A stretch of DNA of 64,000 nucleotides from the human T2T-CHM13v2.0 reference genome, Homo sapiens. The DNA lies in the NCBI RefSeq assembly GCF_009914755.1, contig NC_060926.1, one strand, 5' to 3'. The notes beneath the pieces are model-generated. The model was not told the origin of the DNA, did not search any database, and worked only from the letters and a program-made list of their open reading frames with translations. Shown one piece after another: positions 46,320 through 60,738 of this stretch. Both the position numbers and the translations under genes were made by a program. Within the stretch, counting starts at the first letter, position 1, and each line of letters opens with the position of its first letter.

Positions 46320-46683
46320 ATAATGAATTAAATTTTGTCTCTCCTCCCAAATGTATATGTTGAAGTCCTGATCTCTAGTACCTCAGAATGTCAGTAAATT
46401 TGGAGATAGGGCCTTGAATAAGGTGATTAAGTTAATATGAGGTCATTAATGTGGCCCCTAATCCAATATGACTAGAGTCCTTGCACAAGGAGATCAGGAC
46501 ACAGATCTCCACAGAGTGAAGAGTGTGGGATGCCAACCCAAAAAGAGAGGTCTCAAAAGATACCAGCCCTGCTGACACCTTGATCTTGTCCTTCTAGCCA
46601 ACAGAATTGTGAGAAAGTGAATTTCTGTTGCTCAAACCACCTAGTCTGTGATTTTGTTATGGCAGCCCTAGCACACTAATACA
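46320..46683 (+). mobile_element. MLT1-type MaLR LTR
   Basis: tatgttgaagtcctg...gtacctcagaatgt...ggcagccctagcacactaataca. Confidence 0.8.
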
Positions 46684-47038
46684 GACCGCAGTTAGATCCT
46701 GGTCTAGATTCTATAACTTGCCTTTTTTATTGTGAGCATACATTGGACATCTTCCTGTGTCAGTACATATATAATGGACCTGATTCATAAATAACCTTGT
46801 TAACGGCGAGGCAATATTCCACAGAATGGGTGTATCACAATGTAAACCATTCTCTCATTGTTAGGCACTTAGGTTATTTCAGTTTTTACCATTAGAATCA
46901 GTGTGACAACACAAAGCTTTTACTCCCATTTTTGTGCTTAAGAGGAAGCTCATCTACAGGACAGCTTTCTAACAGGAATGGCTAGGTAGATCAAACCTTA
47001 GCAGTTTTGTAAACTATCCAATTGTTATTTGGTTTTGA

Positions 47039-47060
47039 GTGTGTGTGTGTGTGTGTGTGT
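47039..47060. repeat. (GT)n microsatellite
   Basis: Seen directly. Confidence 0.9.
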
Positions 47061-47336
47061 ATGTACATATATATCTCCTGACTTCTCAGATAAATTTAAA
47101 TTCCTGAGGAATGGGTGTTTTAGTGATTCTTTGTATCCTCCAAGTCTAGTGTCATATGACTTTCTTCTAAGAGATTCTGAGTGAATGTTGGGTATACTAT
47201 CATTTTCATTAATTAGCCTTTTATCATCAATTAGCTAAAATGTGGGAAAGAAGGGGAAACATGGTGTGTAGTGTGACCCAGGCAGGTCCCGTCCCTCTGA
47301 GCCTTTGTAGACACTGTGTTAGTTTTCTTTTCTCCC

Positions 47337-47628
47337 TTTTTTTTCTTTTTGAAATAAGGTCTTGCTTTGTCACCCAGGCTGGAATGCAGTGGTGTGATCA
47401 TGGCTCAAGCAATCCTCCTGCCTCAGTGTCCCAAGTAGCTGCGACTACAGGAGCGAACTGCCACATCTGGCTTATTTATTAATTAACTAATTAATTAATT
47501 TAATTATTTGTAGAGAAAGGGACTCACTATGCTGCCCAGGCTGGTTTCAAACTCCTGGCCTCAAGTGATCTTCCCGCCTCCACCTCCTAAAGTGCTTGGA
47601 TTACAGGCGTGAGCCACCGCACCCGGCC
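47337..47628 (-). mobile_element. Alu (AluJ-like) with a (TTAA)n-expanded linker
   Basis: Antisense dimer. Confidence 0.88.
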
Positions 47629-48450
47629 CTGTGTTAGGTTTTTTTTTGTCATGGGTCTCTTTTTTCCACCTCCTTCCTTCCTCCTTTCCCTCCCTGCTAA
47701 TAAACAATAATTTCATATGCCTTCTGAGTCATTTGAGAAATTGTTTTGTTCTACCTTCCGGGAATATGCTAATAATGAGTAAAATAAAAATGGGCAGGAA
47801 TTTGATGTAAAATCCGAAGGCAGATTTGTGTTTGTATATCTCATCTTCTCTCCTCTGCGGCATTTACAGGAAGCAGCAGGGCTGCGTGGGTGATGGATGT
47901 TGCTGTCTGTGACCGTCTGCCGCCCATTCCTCTTCTTTGAATCACCAGCCTATGGGCTGTTCACCATGCAGCTGATGTTCACCAGCTCTGTAGCTTCCAT
48001 CTCCCCAAAGTGGCACGGACACAGAGCCTTGCTTATACACAGTGATGGGAATCTGGTGCAGTAGAAAACAAAATTTTCTTATTTTTCTCCCACCCCAAAC
48101 CCTGGCAATACTGTTTTCACAGGTAGAGATGGTGAAGAACGCAGACTCATAGCAAGACACCCATGATCACCAGTCACCTGTGTGTCTGTGATGTCGAGGC
48201 TGACAATTAGATATGATTACAGATATGTGAAAAAAGGACAGTTTTTTTTATTGTAGTACTGGTAACAAGAATTGCTTTTTGAATTTTTTAATTGGGATCT
48301 CCTGTTTTTCCCCCCTCCAAGTCCTTCCTGCTTTTTCTTTGCTTTTAAGGATACAGAAAGATGATCACTTTTATTGGAAAAACCTGTTGAGAAGCTATGC
48401 TTGCGAGACATTAGCAATCCTCATGCTTGTGAGTTCCGGAACATTATACA

Positions 48451-48755
<305 letters not shown>

Positions 48756-49448
48756 CAGAACAACAGGACACAACAGTTAACTCAGAATTTGCCAAATATT
48801 TGATACATGTTACCTCCATAAATCCGCATGACAGTGACACAAAAATGGGTGTCCTTATTCATGCTGTTTTACAGATTAGGCAGCTGGGGCTTACAGCAGT
48901 TAAAAGAGTAAGTGACAGCTAGGTTGGAACCTTGTCTGTCTGAAGCTCACTGCACACTAGTTTGATGTGGTCTGGTCCCCCGACTCCAGCCTTTTGACTA
49001 ATGCTGCCAGACCTTCTTGAGCCATCCTGTTGGTCTTGGCTTGTTGACTCCAAACCCCTCAACCCCACCCCAGCACCTTGCTGACCCATGATGCTTTACT
49101 GTATTCTGCCCACCTGGTCTCCAGTTCCAAGCATGGCACTGACCATCTGCCCTGAGCAGTTAATAAAACAACATTTGGCTGCTGGCTTGCCACCTGCCTG
49201 GCACTGTGCCAGGTGCCTTGTGTAGCACCAAGTATAAATGGACACACTAGATATGTGCAAACCTAAGACTGCTGTATCCTTAGAATGGAGTTCTGTTAAC
49301 TTTGGCTTAGAGTAGGCAACATAATTATTCTGTTCTTGAGACTTCAGTCATTCTGGCTATTTCTAGTTTGGGTTGCATATTAAAATTGAGGCCACATTTT
49401 ATGATTAAATTTTCCATCTAAGGATTTTTTCTTTTTTAAAATAGCTTT

Positions 49449-49782
<334 letters not shown>

Positions 49783-50092
49783 TCATTTTAAAAGTGTATA
49801 ATTCAATGATTTTTAGTAAATTATAGAGTTGGACAATCATCACTACAGCCCAGTTTTAGAACAAGTTCCTCACCTCACAGCAATGCCTCATGCCCATTTA
49901 TGGTTATTCTGGGGGCTTTATTTGCTCCCTCCTGGCCCCTGGCCCTGGACTTTTAAATAACTTCACAGGGAAGGGGCAGGATTCGCACTGTAGACCCTCT
50001 GGCTTTTCCTTGTTCCCTCTCCCTGTGGTATCATTTCCAGCTGGTGTGGGACATCATTGCTAATAGCCTGGATGTTGGTTCTTTAAAAAAAA

Positions 50093-50475
50093 ATTTACTT
50101 TAAGTTCTGGGATACATGTGCAGGACGTGCAGGTTTGTTACATAGGTAAACGTGTGCTATGGTGGTTTGCTGCATCTATCCGTCACCTAGGTATGAAGCT
50201 CCCAATGCATTAGCTATTTTTTCTGATGCTCTCCCTCTCCTCGCCACACTGACAGGCTCTGGTGTGTGTTGTTCCCCTCTCTGTGTCCCTGTGTTCTCAT
50301 TGTTCACCTTCCACTTATGAATGATAATATGTAGTGTTTGGTTTTCTGTTCCTGTGTTAGTTAGCTAAGGATGATGGCTTTCAGCTTCATACATGACCTT
50401 GCAAAGGACGTGATCTCATTCCTTTTTATGGCTGCATAGTATTCCCTGGTGTATTTGTACCACATTTTCTTTAAT
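50093..50475 (-). mobile_element. L1PA 3'-end fragment
   Basis: tttactttaagttctgggatacatgtgcagg...gtttgttacataggta. Confidence 0.88.
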
Positions 50476-52858
50476 GCATGTTGTTTCTCTCAACCTCTCA
50501 CGATGTTTGATGCTGGCTCCTTCAGGTGAACTCAGACAAATGCAGCCTGTCACCTGGTGACTTCCCCCAGAGCCTCCTGCTGTGGGGCATCTATGGGAGC
50601 ATGACACCCACCGCAGTCCCAACAGGATTTCTACCCAGCCTTTCTTTGGGTCCCCTTCACTTTGATGGGGAGGTTCTAGGGGAGCAAAAGCATACTGCCA
50701 TGCCCTTAGCTACCTCTGGCATGTCCTTAGCTATCTCTGGCAGCCTTCTCTGGGCCCATGTTTGCCCAGACACCTCCCCACCTCCATGCCCATGCCCATG
50801 CCTACCTCTGCACTGGGGAAATGGTGGTCGCAGTGGTGCTGCTTCCAGGGATTCTCCTGGGTCGAGAGGCTGCACTGTCATCTTTCCAGTGTCTCTGGAG
50901 TGGCTTGCTGGTTGGTCCAGCTGTTATCAAATTGCTAGTGAGGTGTAAGTGCACCCTCCCACCTTACCCCAAGAGATGAGTCCAGGGTCAACATGTTAAG
51001 CTCCCTAGATCCCTCCTTTCTGCCCACTTTTTTTTTTTAATTTGCAAAAGATGTCAAAGCAGATCTGCCTCTTATGGATTGTAGTGTGAACTGAGATCCT
51101 TACTCCAGGAACTGGGCTCCTGGAACTGAGCCTTGTAGAATATAGACTGCTGTCGCCAAGTGCTTTGTCCACAGTAATCCCTCCTCCTTCTGTTTGGGTC
51201 CTTCGCATATCAGTGTTACAAGTCCGTGTTCAACCCTAGATTTGTGGAAAATTGAGGCTCAGAGATGTTAAGGAGACTTGGCATGGCCACACAGTAGACA
51301 TACACACAAACTCGTCTTACTCCTGACTTGGGAGGAGCAAGGAACAAAGAAGAAAGCAGCAACAATCTATTTGCCAACAGCAGGGAAAGAGATGAAAATG
51401 ATGGTACAGTCCTATGATGTTTTATGCAATCATGAAAATTCATCTGTTTAAAAATATTTGAGTATCTGTAGCAGTTAGAAGTCGTGGACTAAAGGGAACT
51501 TAGAAGCATGCTGAGTAAAACATTAAGGACAGCATGAGCTGTGTACGATGCATGCATTGCACAGAGCTATGTGCATTACAGGAGCGCATACAAACAAGAG
51601 GAGAATGGGATGAAGGGAATGAAGGTAAAAAGTACTGTTGCTAAGTACAAATATAACACACACGAACATGTCATTCACTGGGGAATATGACTGACTCAAC
51701 CCTCTCCACCTTTAAAAAATTTTAATAGCAAGAGCTATGCTTATAATATTCCAAAACTAGGAGCATATAAAAGTGTATAAAACATGATCTGATCCTATCC
51801 TAATTTTATGAAAAGGCACATATAAGTGTGTACACAAATATAATGAAAACTAGCCTATCATCTGGTTTACAGCTTTCAGCATTTCCCACATTTTCTTGAA
51901 TGAATTTCCTTCTATGTTTTTTGAATAGAAAAGTAGCAAACTTTAATGGCAAAAGGGGTGTTAGTCTGGCAACTTCCCCCCCGAAACTGTAATTACTGTG
52001 TTGTAAGTTCCTTTTTTGTAAGGGACACCAGTCTCCCTGGACTGGTGTTTAATACAGTTTGAACTCTAATAACCGGCCACAATTCTGTGCCACCTTCAGA
52101 ATTCCTGAGCTAACATTTTTTATTGGCTTCTTTAAAATAATTTTATATTTTGAAATAATTTCAGACTTACAGGAAAGTTGCAAAGATAGTATAAGAATTC
52201 CAGTATGCCCTTCATCCAAATCCTTCAAATGTTAACATTTTACCGTATTTGCTTTATCATTCTCTCAAATTTTTTTCAGAACCATTGAGAGTAAGTTGCA
52301 GACATGATACTCCTTTACTCCTAAATATTTTAGAGTGTATATCCTAAAAACAATATTATCTTATATGGCCACAATTACCTAAATCGGTTAGTTAACAATG
52401 ACATAGATTTTATTCAAATTTTTCTAGTTGTCCTGTTAATGTCCTTTAGGGCAAGAGAAAAATAAGTAAATAAATAAATCCACCTCCTCCTGGGGGCCAG
52501 GACTCAATTAAGATCTAGGTGCTAGATGTACTCATTCCTACTGGGGGAGGGGGTCACTCTTTCTAGGCTGTCTCAGAGGACAGCATTAATAAATACACAT
52601 ATGTATTCACACACACACAGACACATACACACCCTATATTACTATCTGTATCTGTTTTCCTTTCTTCTTTGCTTTATTCTGTCTGTCCATCCTTCTATCC
52701 CTCCTAAAACCTTGAGTTCATACTGGTACCTCCAATACTAACCCAGCAACACAAGGTTCATTCTAGCCTTCCTTCTTTCCGTGTCTGTAACACTCTTCAA
52801 CAGTTATAAACCTGGCTCCCCTTATTCAGAATAGAGTCACTTAAATCCTCAATCTTAG

Positions 52859-53221
<363 letters not shown>

Positions 53222-53605
53222 TAGAATTCAATGTTTGTTTACAGTTCATTTTTGACTTTAGCTTGAGGGTATATGGTCAAAATTCTGAATTCAAAAGTTA
53301 CTCCAGTAAGTGTTCAACCCCCTTCAGTGTATTTATATAATTTACTTGAAAATAGGTTAGTTTATTTCTGCTTACTTTCAATTTTGGGTATTTTCCTACT
53401 CCTTCTCATTTAATTATCTATCTATCTGTCTATCTACCCATCCTTTTTATTTGGATATGTGAAACGTTAACGTGATTCTACATATATGCTATAACATAAT
53501 TATACCAAAAGGTACACACTCGGGAAATAATCCTTCCCCTAAACTCCTCACCCTGCTCCCACCCCCACCCTTTAACCCTCATTACTACTCACCTCCTGGA
53601 AGTCG

Positions 53606-53800
53606 TGGTACCAGCCAGGGTTCTCCAGAGAAACAGAACCAATAGGAGACTATACATGATTGATTATGGGAACTGGCTCACACTTATGGAGGCTGAGAGA
53701 TCGTACACTATGCCACCTACAGCCTGGAGAACCAGGAAAGCCAATGATGTATTCAGAGTCGGAAGGCCTGAGAATGGGTGTAGCCTGGGGGTGGAGACCT
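53606..53800 (-). mobile_element. MLT2-type ERVL LTR fragment
   Basis: cagggttctccagagaaacagaaccaatagga. Confidence 0.7.
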
Positions 53801-54297
53801 ATTAATAGATTTAGATTCCTAATCCATTTTGAATTTATTTCAGTATGTGGTCTAAAGTATAGATTTAATTTTCTCTTAATCTAAATGGCTAATTAGATAT
53901 GCAGGTACTGTTTATTAAAAGGTAAATTTTGCCCTAGTGATTTGAGATGCTGCTTTGTTATATGCTAAATTTCCATATGTATTTGGGTCTATTTCTGGAC
54001 TTTCTATTCCACTTCATTAGTTTATCCACTCATGCACCAGTACCACACTGTTTTAATTATGGAACCTTTATAGTATGTTCCAATGTCTGGTAGGGATAGT
54101 CCTTCCTTATAGAATTCCATTTTCAGTGTTTTCTTTTCCAGTGTTTAATGGTCATTCTTGCATGTTTGCTTTTCTATATAAATTTCAGTATTAATATCTC
54201 TAGCTACATAAAAATGCTTGCTGGAATGGATATTACATTTATAAAATAAGGATACCTGATATCATTATGATATTGATTCTTCCTATTTAAAAACAAG

Positions 54298-54720
54298 GTG
54301 TGTTCTCACTTATTTGTAGGATCCAAAAATAAAATCAATTGAACTCATGGACAGAGAGAGTAGAAAGATGTTTATGAGAGGCTGGGAAGGGGAGTGGGGA
54401 TTGTGGGGGAGGTGAAGGTGGTTAATAGGTACCAAAAAACATAGAAAGAATGAATAAGGCCTACTATTTGATAGCACAATAGGACGACTATAGTCAATAA
54501 TAACTTAATTGTATTTTGAAAATAACTTAAAGAATGTAATTGGATTGTTTGTAACTCAAAAGATAAATGTTTGAGGGGACAGATGGATACCCCATTCTCC
54601 ATGATGTGCTTATCTCACATTGCATGCCTGTATCAAAACGTCTCATGTACCCCATAAATATTTACAATGGCTATCTACCCACAAAGATTTTTCAAATTTA
54701 TAATAATAGAAAATAAAAAT
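54298..54720 (+). mobile_element. L1MA 3'-end fragment
   Basis: tgttctcacttatttgt...gaactcatgga...tatttgatagcacaatagg, A-rich tail. Confidence 0.85.
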
Positions 54721-55129
54721 ATAGTATGTCTCTCATTCGTTCATGTCAACTTTTCTTTTAGAATTGTTTTAAAGTTTTTCTTATGTAGATTTTGCACATT
54801 TCTTAAGTTTATTGCTATACCTTCTTTGTTGCTATTGTGAATGAGGTTTTATCATAAAACTTTCTAATTGGTTATGGCTTACGTATATGAAGACTATTGA
54901 TTTCTGTACATTAGCTTTATTATCCTGCTATCTTATTTGAATCTTTTGAGCTAGTTTTATCATTGATTCTCTAAGATTCTCCAGGTATTCTTTCATGTCA
55001 TCTGCAAATAGCTATAGTTTCACTTTTTTCAAATTTGTATGATTCTGCTTAGTTTATCTTATCTAGCTGTACTGTCTAAGATTATAGTACATGTTGAAGA
55101 GTAGTGGAGATAGTACAGATAGCTTTCAA

Positions 55130-55620
55130 CAAATTACTCAGTGTTTCAGAGGGCTGATTTCCTATCCCATTTTCTCACTCCTTCTTGGCAACAGAACCCC
55201 AAACTCACTCAGTCAGCAGTGGATTCAGCTAAAGAACTGCAATCTAGATGTAACTTTACCTGGGTGTGATAATGAGACTAAATTTTGGTAAAAGAGAAAT
55301 AAGTGGAATCATTATATGGTACTTTAGATCCTTCTCCTTCACCACTTTGCTACTACCTGGAATTGGGATGTAATGGCTGGACCTCTAGAGGGCTTTTTGG
55401 GCCGCAAGGTGACTTTGAGAATGGAAGCCATGCATCAGGATGGCTGCATTAGCAAGACAGAGAGAGCCTGTGTCCTTAATTATCAAGGAGCCCCATACCA
55501 AGCCAAGACTGCCTGCCACTGGACATTTTTACATGAGATAAAAAACAAATTTTTAACTTGTTTATGTTACTATTTCTTGGAGTTTCCAGTCACATGCAGC
55601 CAATCAAAATTCTAATGGAG
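55130..55620 (+). mobile_element. MLT1J-like LTR remnant
   Basis: gatgtaatggctgga...cacatgcagccaa...ttctaa. Confidence 0.5.
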
Positions 55621-56066
55621 TTTTGGTTTCTTCATCTGTAAAGTGATAGTATTTTACCTCACTGAGTTATCAGGATTAAATGAAATAGTTCATGTAAAAA
55701 AAGGCTGCATGGAGTAGGCACATTAAAAAAGTCTCCCATGATTTTGTGAGGTTTGAATGAGCTCTGTATTTGAGTGCCCTTTGCAAGTTGTCAACGGAAG
55801 GCCAACATTTTCATCTGTGCTTTGCACCTGTTCTCTTTCTTCTTTCTCAACTCTTCTATGATCAATTATCCTTTCATTTCTTGAATAGCTTACCTCTCTC
55901 TTTCAACTTGACTCTTCATGTTGATTTTAAACATTTGTGAGTTGTTCCCATTAAATCAAAACTGTCCCTTTTCCCCTCCAGCTATGATTTTGTCTTTCTC
56001 CTATTCTTCAAAGTCAAACTTTTCAAAATAATGTTTTCTTATCTGATGTATCAGACAGTGTTGGCT

Positions 56067-56545
56067 GTCCACCCAGACCTTTGAATCCCTGCTTTGTGTG
56101 TGTGCCTGCCCCCCTTCAGCGTGCTTTTGCTTCTAACACCCAGCACTATGGCTTCATGAGGACTGCCTTTGGGCTATGAGAACCACTCAGCTCCCACCTC
56201 CACCCTCCACAGATCCAGAAGGCCTTGGAATATATTCTAGGTAATTTCAGTACATTCCAGAAGTTCCTAGAATTTACTCAGGGTGACTCAGGGGCAATGC
56301 TTGAAAGCCACGCTCCCTCGCCTCAGGCTGGAACAACTGACACCACAGAGCTCTCCAGTGGGATCCAGGATCCGGCTGAAGCCACACTCTGCTGGCGTTT
56401 CCTGAGATTGCACCTTGGTTGGCCTCCTTCTCTTGTCTTCTTTGTTCTCCTTTCCCTCCCCTGACTGGCATTTTCTTGGGGCATTTTAATCAATCACTTG
56501 CACTTGAATGTCCCAGTCTGCATCTGAAAAACCTAACCCAAGACC
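56067..56545 (+). mobile_element. LTR16/LTR33-like ERVL LTR remnant within L2 sequence
   Basis: ccacccagacc...aatcaatcacttgcac...gtctgcatctg...cctaacccaagac. Confidence 0.5.
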
Positions 56546-57349
56546 CCTAATCTCCATCTCCTCCCCTCTTATTCACTCTCCAGCCCAACACAATTTGGCT
56601 TCTGGGCACATCATTCCAGGGAAGCAGCTCTTTCAGACAGCCCCCAAAACACGATGTCACTGAATCCAGTGCACACAGTTTAGTTCTGTCTTCCTTGACT
56701 TCACAGCACCATTCAATGCCACAGATCCATGGTTCTTGAAGCCCAGGTGTTCCCTGATGACGTCCCTGGCTTTCCCCTACATTTCGTGGCCTTTCTTCAG
56801 CTTGTCCTCTTCTATCCAGCCATTGAAACAGAGTGAGTTCTTTAGGCTCAGTCCTCTTTTCCCAGGTGGTCTCACCCAATCTCAGAGCTTCATTGCTACA
56901 TGAAGGTTACCCACACATGTCTGTTGTAGCACTTTCTCTACTTGCTAAACATCTTTGCTTGAATGTCTCAAAAGTACCTCCAAGCTAAATTCGTAATAAC
57001 CCTGTGCACAGAAGCAAGCTTGGTCCTCTTGCACTCTGCTCTAATGTGGTGAGTGTAGCACTTCTCCATCTGGCTAGAACCTGGGAGTCATGCTGGACTT
57101 CCCCCTCACCCTCGTGCACGTAGCCAACCAAGCACCAACTCCTGTGTCTTGTGCCTTCTGAGTCTCTCTCGAGTGATTCACTTTTCTCTACCACCACCTC
57201 CACTCGTGCCTTCTGTCATTCATAACCACGTTGATGGTAAAAATAGCCTCTTCACTGGCCTTTCTGCATTCATTTCTATACTCCTCTAATTTTTTCCCAC
57301 ATGACTGCCAGGCTGATCTTTCCAAAACATAAATTTAATTACATCTTAA

Positions 57350-58220
57350 AAAATAACTTGCTGAGATATAATTCACATACCACACAATTCATCTATTTAA
57401 GGCATAAAATTCATGCTTTTTAATATATTCACAGAGTTGTGCAAACATCACCACAATCTAATTTTAAGATTATTTCCATCATCCCAAAAAGAAACCCTGT
57501 ATTCATTAGCAGTCACCTCCTGTTCCCCCACACCCCATTCCTGGGCAGCCACGAATCTACTTTCTGTCTCTATGGATTTGCCTATTCTGGACATTTCACA
57601 TAAATACAATCATATAATACATAGTCTTTTGTGACTAGGTTCTTTCACTTACTATGTTTTCAAAGTTTATCTATGTTGTAACACGTATTAGTACTTCATT
57701 TTTTTGGCTGAATAATATTTTATTGCATGGATATATCACATTTTGTTTATTCATTAATCACTTGATGGACATTTGGGCTGTTTCTCCTTTTCAGCTATTC
57801 TGAATAATGCTTCTGAGAGGTTCACATATAAGAGTTTTTGTTATTTTTTTTGAGATGGAGTCTTGCTCTGTTGCCCAGGCTAGAGTGCAGTGGCACTATC
57901 AGCTCACTGCAACCTCTGCCTCTGGGGTTCAAGCAATTATTGTGCCTCAGCCTCTTGAGTAGCTGAGATTACAGGTATGTGCCACCACGCCTGGCTAATT
58001 TTTGTATTTTTAGTAGAGACAGGGTTTTACCATGTTGGCCAGACTGGTCTCGAACTCCTGACATCAAGGATCTGCCCACCTCAGCCTTCCAAAGTGCTGG
58101 GATTATAGGCATGAGCCACTGTGCCTGGCCTCACATATAAGAGTTTTTGAGCGTAGATGTGTTTTCATTTCTCTCAGATATATACTTAGCAATGGAATTA
58201 CTTGACCATATGCTAATTAT
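57350..58220 (-). mobile_element. L1MB 3' fragment interrupted by an Alu
   Basis: gagatataattcacatac...gatttgcctattctggacatttc. Confidence 0.8.
57845..58130 (-). mobile_element. AluS with 19-bp TSD tcacatataagagtttttg
   Basis: TSD at 57822-57840 and 58131-58149. Confidence 0.93.
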
Positions 58221-58507
58221 ATTATATTCTTTTACAAGCTTTTCAATGGCATTTCATGGCTGTTATGATGAATTCAGTCTCCTTTTTCTTGGTGCCCAAG
58301 TTTCCATATGGTCTGACCCTCACCTGCCTTGCTGCTGGTGTGGTCCTTGGATAGACTGTGCCATTTTTTTTGTTGATGTCTGTGTCATATTTTGGCTGGA
58401 ACAATCTCAAATATTAATCTAAATCAACCTTAATCATTTACTGATTTCTATTTCTATGATATATCTATCATATATTACATGATTAGTCCAATCTTACTGT
58501 CAGACTG

Positions 58508-60738
58508 TGATATGGTTTGTTTGTGTCCCCACCCAAATCTCAACTTGAATTGTATCTCCCAGAATTCCCAAGTGTTGTGGCAGTGACCCAGGGGGAGGTA
58601 ATTGAATCATGGGGGCCAGTCTTTCTCATCCTATTCTTGTGATAGTGAGTAAGTCTCATGAGATCTGATGGATTTATCAGGGGTTTCTGCTTTTGCTGCT
58701 TCTTCATTTTTCTCTTGCCGCCGCCATGTAAGAAGTCACCTCCTGCCATGATTTTGAGGCCTCCCCAGCTATGTGGAACTGTAGGTCCAAGTAAACTTCT
58801 TTTTCTTCCCAGTCTCAGGTATGTCTTTATCAGCAGCATGAAAACAGACTAATACAGTAAATTGGTACCAGTAGAGTGGGGTGTTGCTGAAAACATACCC
58901 AAAAATATGGAAGCCACTTTGGAATTGGGTAACAGGCAGAGGTTGGAACAGTTTGGAGGGCTCAGAAGAAGATAGGAAAATGTGGGAAAATTTGGAACTT
59001 CCTAGAGACTTGTTGAATGGCTTTGTCCAAAATGCTGATAGCAATATGGACAATAAGGTCCAGGCTGAGGTAGTCTCAGATGGAGATGAGGAACTTGTTG
59101 GGAACTGGAGTATATGTGACTCTAGTTATGTTTTAGCAAAAAGACTGGTGGCATTTTGCTCCTGCCCTAGAGATTTGTGGAACTTTGAACTTGTGAAAGA
59201 TGATTTAGGGTATCTGGTGGAAGAAATTTCTAAGCAGCAAAGCATGCAAGAGGTGACTTGGGTTCTATTAAAGGCATTCAATTTTATTAGGGAAGCAGAG
59301 GAAAACTTGCAGCCTGACTATGGAATAGAAAAGAAAATTCCATTTTCTAGGGAGGAATTCAAGCCAGCTGCAGAAATTTGCATAAGTAGCAAGGAGCCTA
59401 ATGTTAATCCCCAAGACCATGGGGAAAATATCTCCAGGCCATGTCAGAGACCTTTGAGACAGCCCCTCCATTCACAGGCCCAGAGGCCCAAGAGGAAAAA
59501 GTGGTTTCGTGGGCCAGGCCCAGGGTCCTCGTGCTGTGTGCAGCCTAGGGACTTGGTGCTCTGTGTCCCAGCTGCTCCAGCCATGGCTGTAAGGGGCCTA
59601 CGTACAGCTCAGTTAGCAGCTTCCACGTGGTGTTGAGCCTGAGATGCACAGGAATCAAGAATTGAGGTTTGGGAACCTCCACCTAGATTTCAGAGGATGT
59701 ATAGAAATGCCTGGATGCCCAGGCAAAAGTTTGCTGCAGGTGTGGGGCCCTCATGGAGAATCTCTGCTAGGACAGTGCGGAAGGGAAATGTGGGGTCACA
59801 GCCCCCACACAGAGTCCCTACTGGGGCACTGCTTAGTGGAGCTGTGAGAAGAGGGCCACATTCTCCAGACCCCAGAATCATAGATCCACTGACAGCTTGC
59901 ACCGTCCACCTGGAAAAGCTGCAGACACTCAACACCAGCTTGTGAAAGCAGCTGGGAGGGAGGCTATACCCTGCAAAGCCACAGGGATGGAGCTGCCCAA
60001 GACCATGGGAACCCACCTCTTGTATCAGTGTGACCTGGATGTGAGACCTAGAGTCAAAGGAGATCATTTTGGAGCTTTAAAATTTGACTGCCCCGCTGGA
60101 TTTCAGACTTGCATGTGCCCTGTAACCCCCTTGTTTTGGCCAATTTCTCCCATTTGGAATGGCTGTATTTACCCAATACCTGTACCCCCATTGTATCCAG
60201 GAAGTAACTACCTTACTTTTGATTTTACAGGCTCATAGGTGGAAGGGACTTGCCTTGTCTCAGGTGAGACTTTGGACTGTGGACTTTTGGGTTAATGCTG
60301 AAATGAGTTAAGACTTTGGGGGACTGCTGAGAAGGCATGATTGGTTTTGAAATGTGACAACATGAGATTTGGAGGGGCCATGGGTGGAATGACATGGTTT
60401 GGCTGTGTCCCCACCCAAATCTCAACTTGAATTGTATCTCCTAGAACTCCCACGTGTTGCAGGAAGGACCCAGAGGGAGGTAATTGAATCATGGGGGCCG
60501 GTCTTTCCTGTGCTATTCTCGTGATAGTGAATAAGTCTCATGAGATCTGGTGGGTTTACCAGGGGTTTCCACTTTTGCTTCTTCTTCATTTTCTCTTACC
60601 ATGTAAGAAGTGCCTTTCACCTCCTGTCATGATTTTTGAGCCCTCCCCAGCCACGTGGAACTGCAAGTCCAGTTAAACCTCTGTTTCTTCCGGGTCGGGT
60701 GTATGTCTTTATCAGCAGCATGAAAACGGACTAATACA
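58508..60738 (+). mobile_element. Full-length THE1 (THE1A-like) MaLR retrotransposon: LTR 58508-58856, internal 58857-60389, LTR 60390-60738
   Basis: Two 349-nt TG...CA LTRs, purine-rich tract before the 3' LTR, flanks gactg / gacgg, internal MaLR ORF 58881-59636. Confidence 0.95.

Noticed and set aside
50526-50948. 140-aa GC-richer ORF with a (ccatgc)3 repeat
   Set aside because: GTG start, no domain similarity or splice support; probably an old LTR remnant
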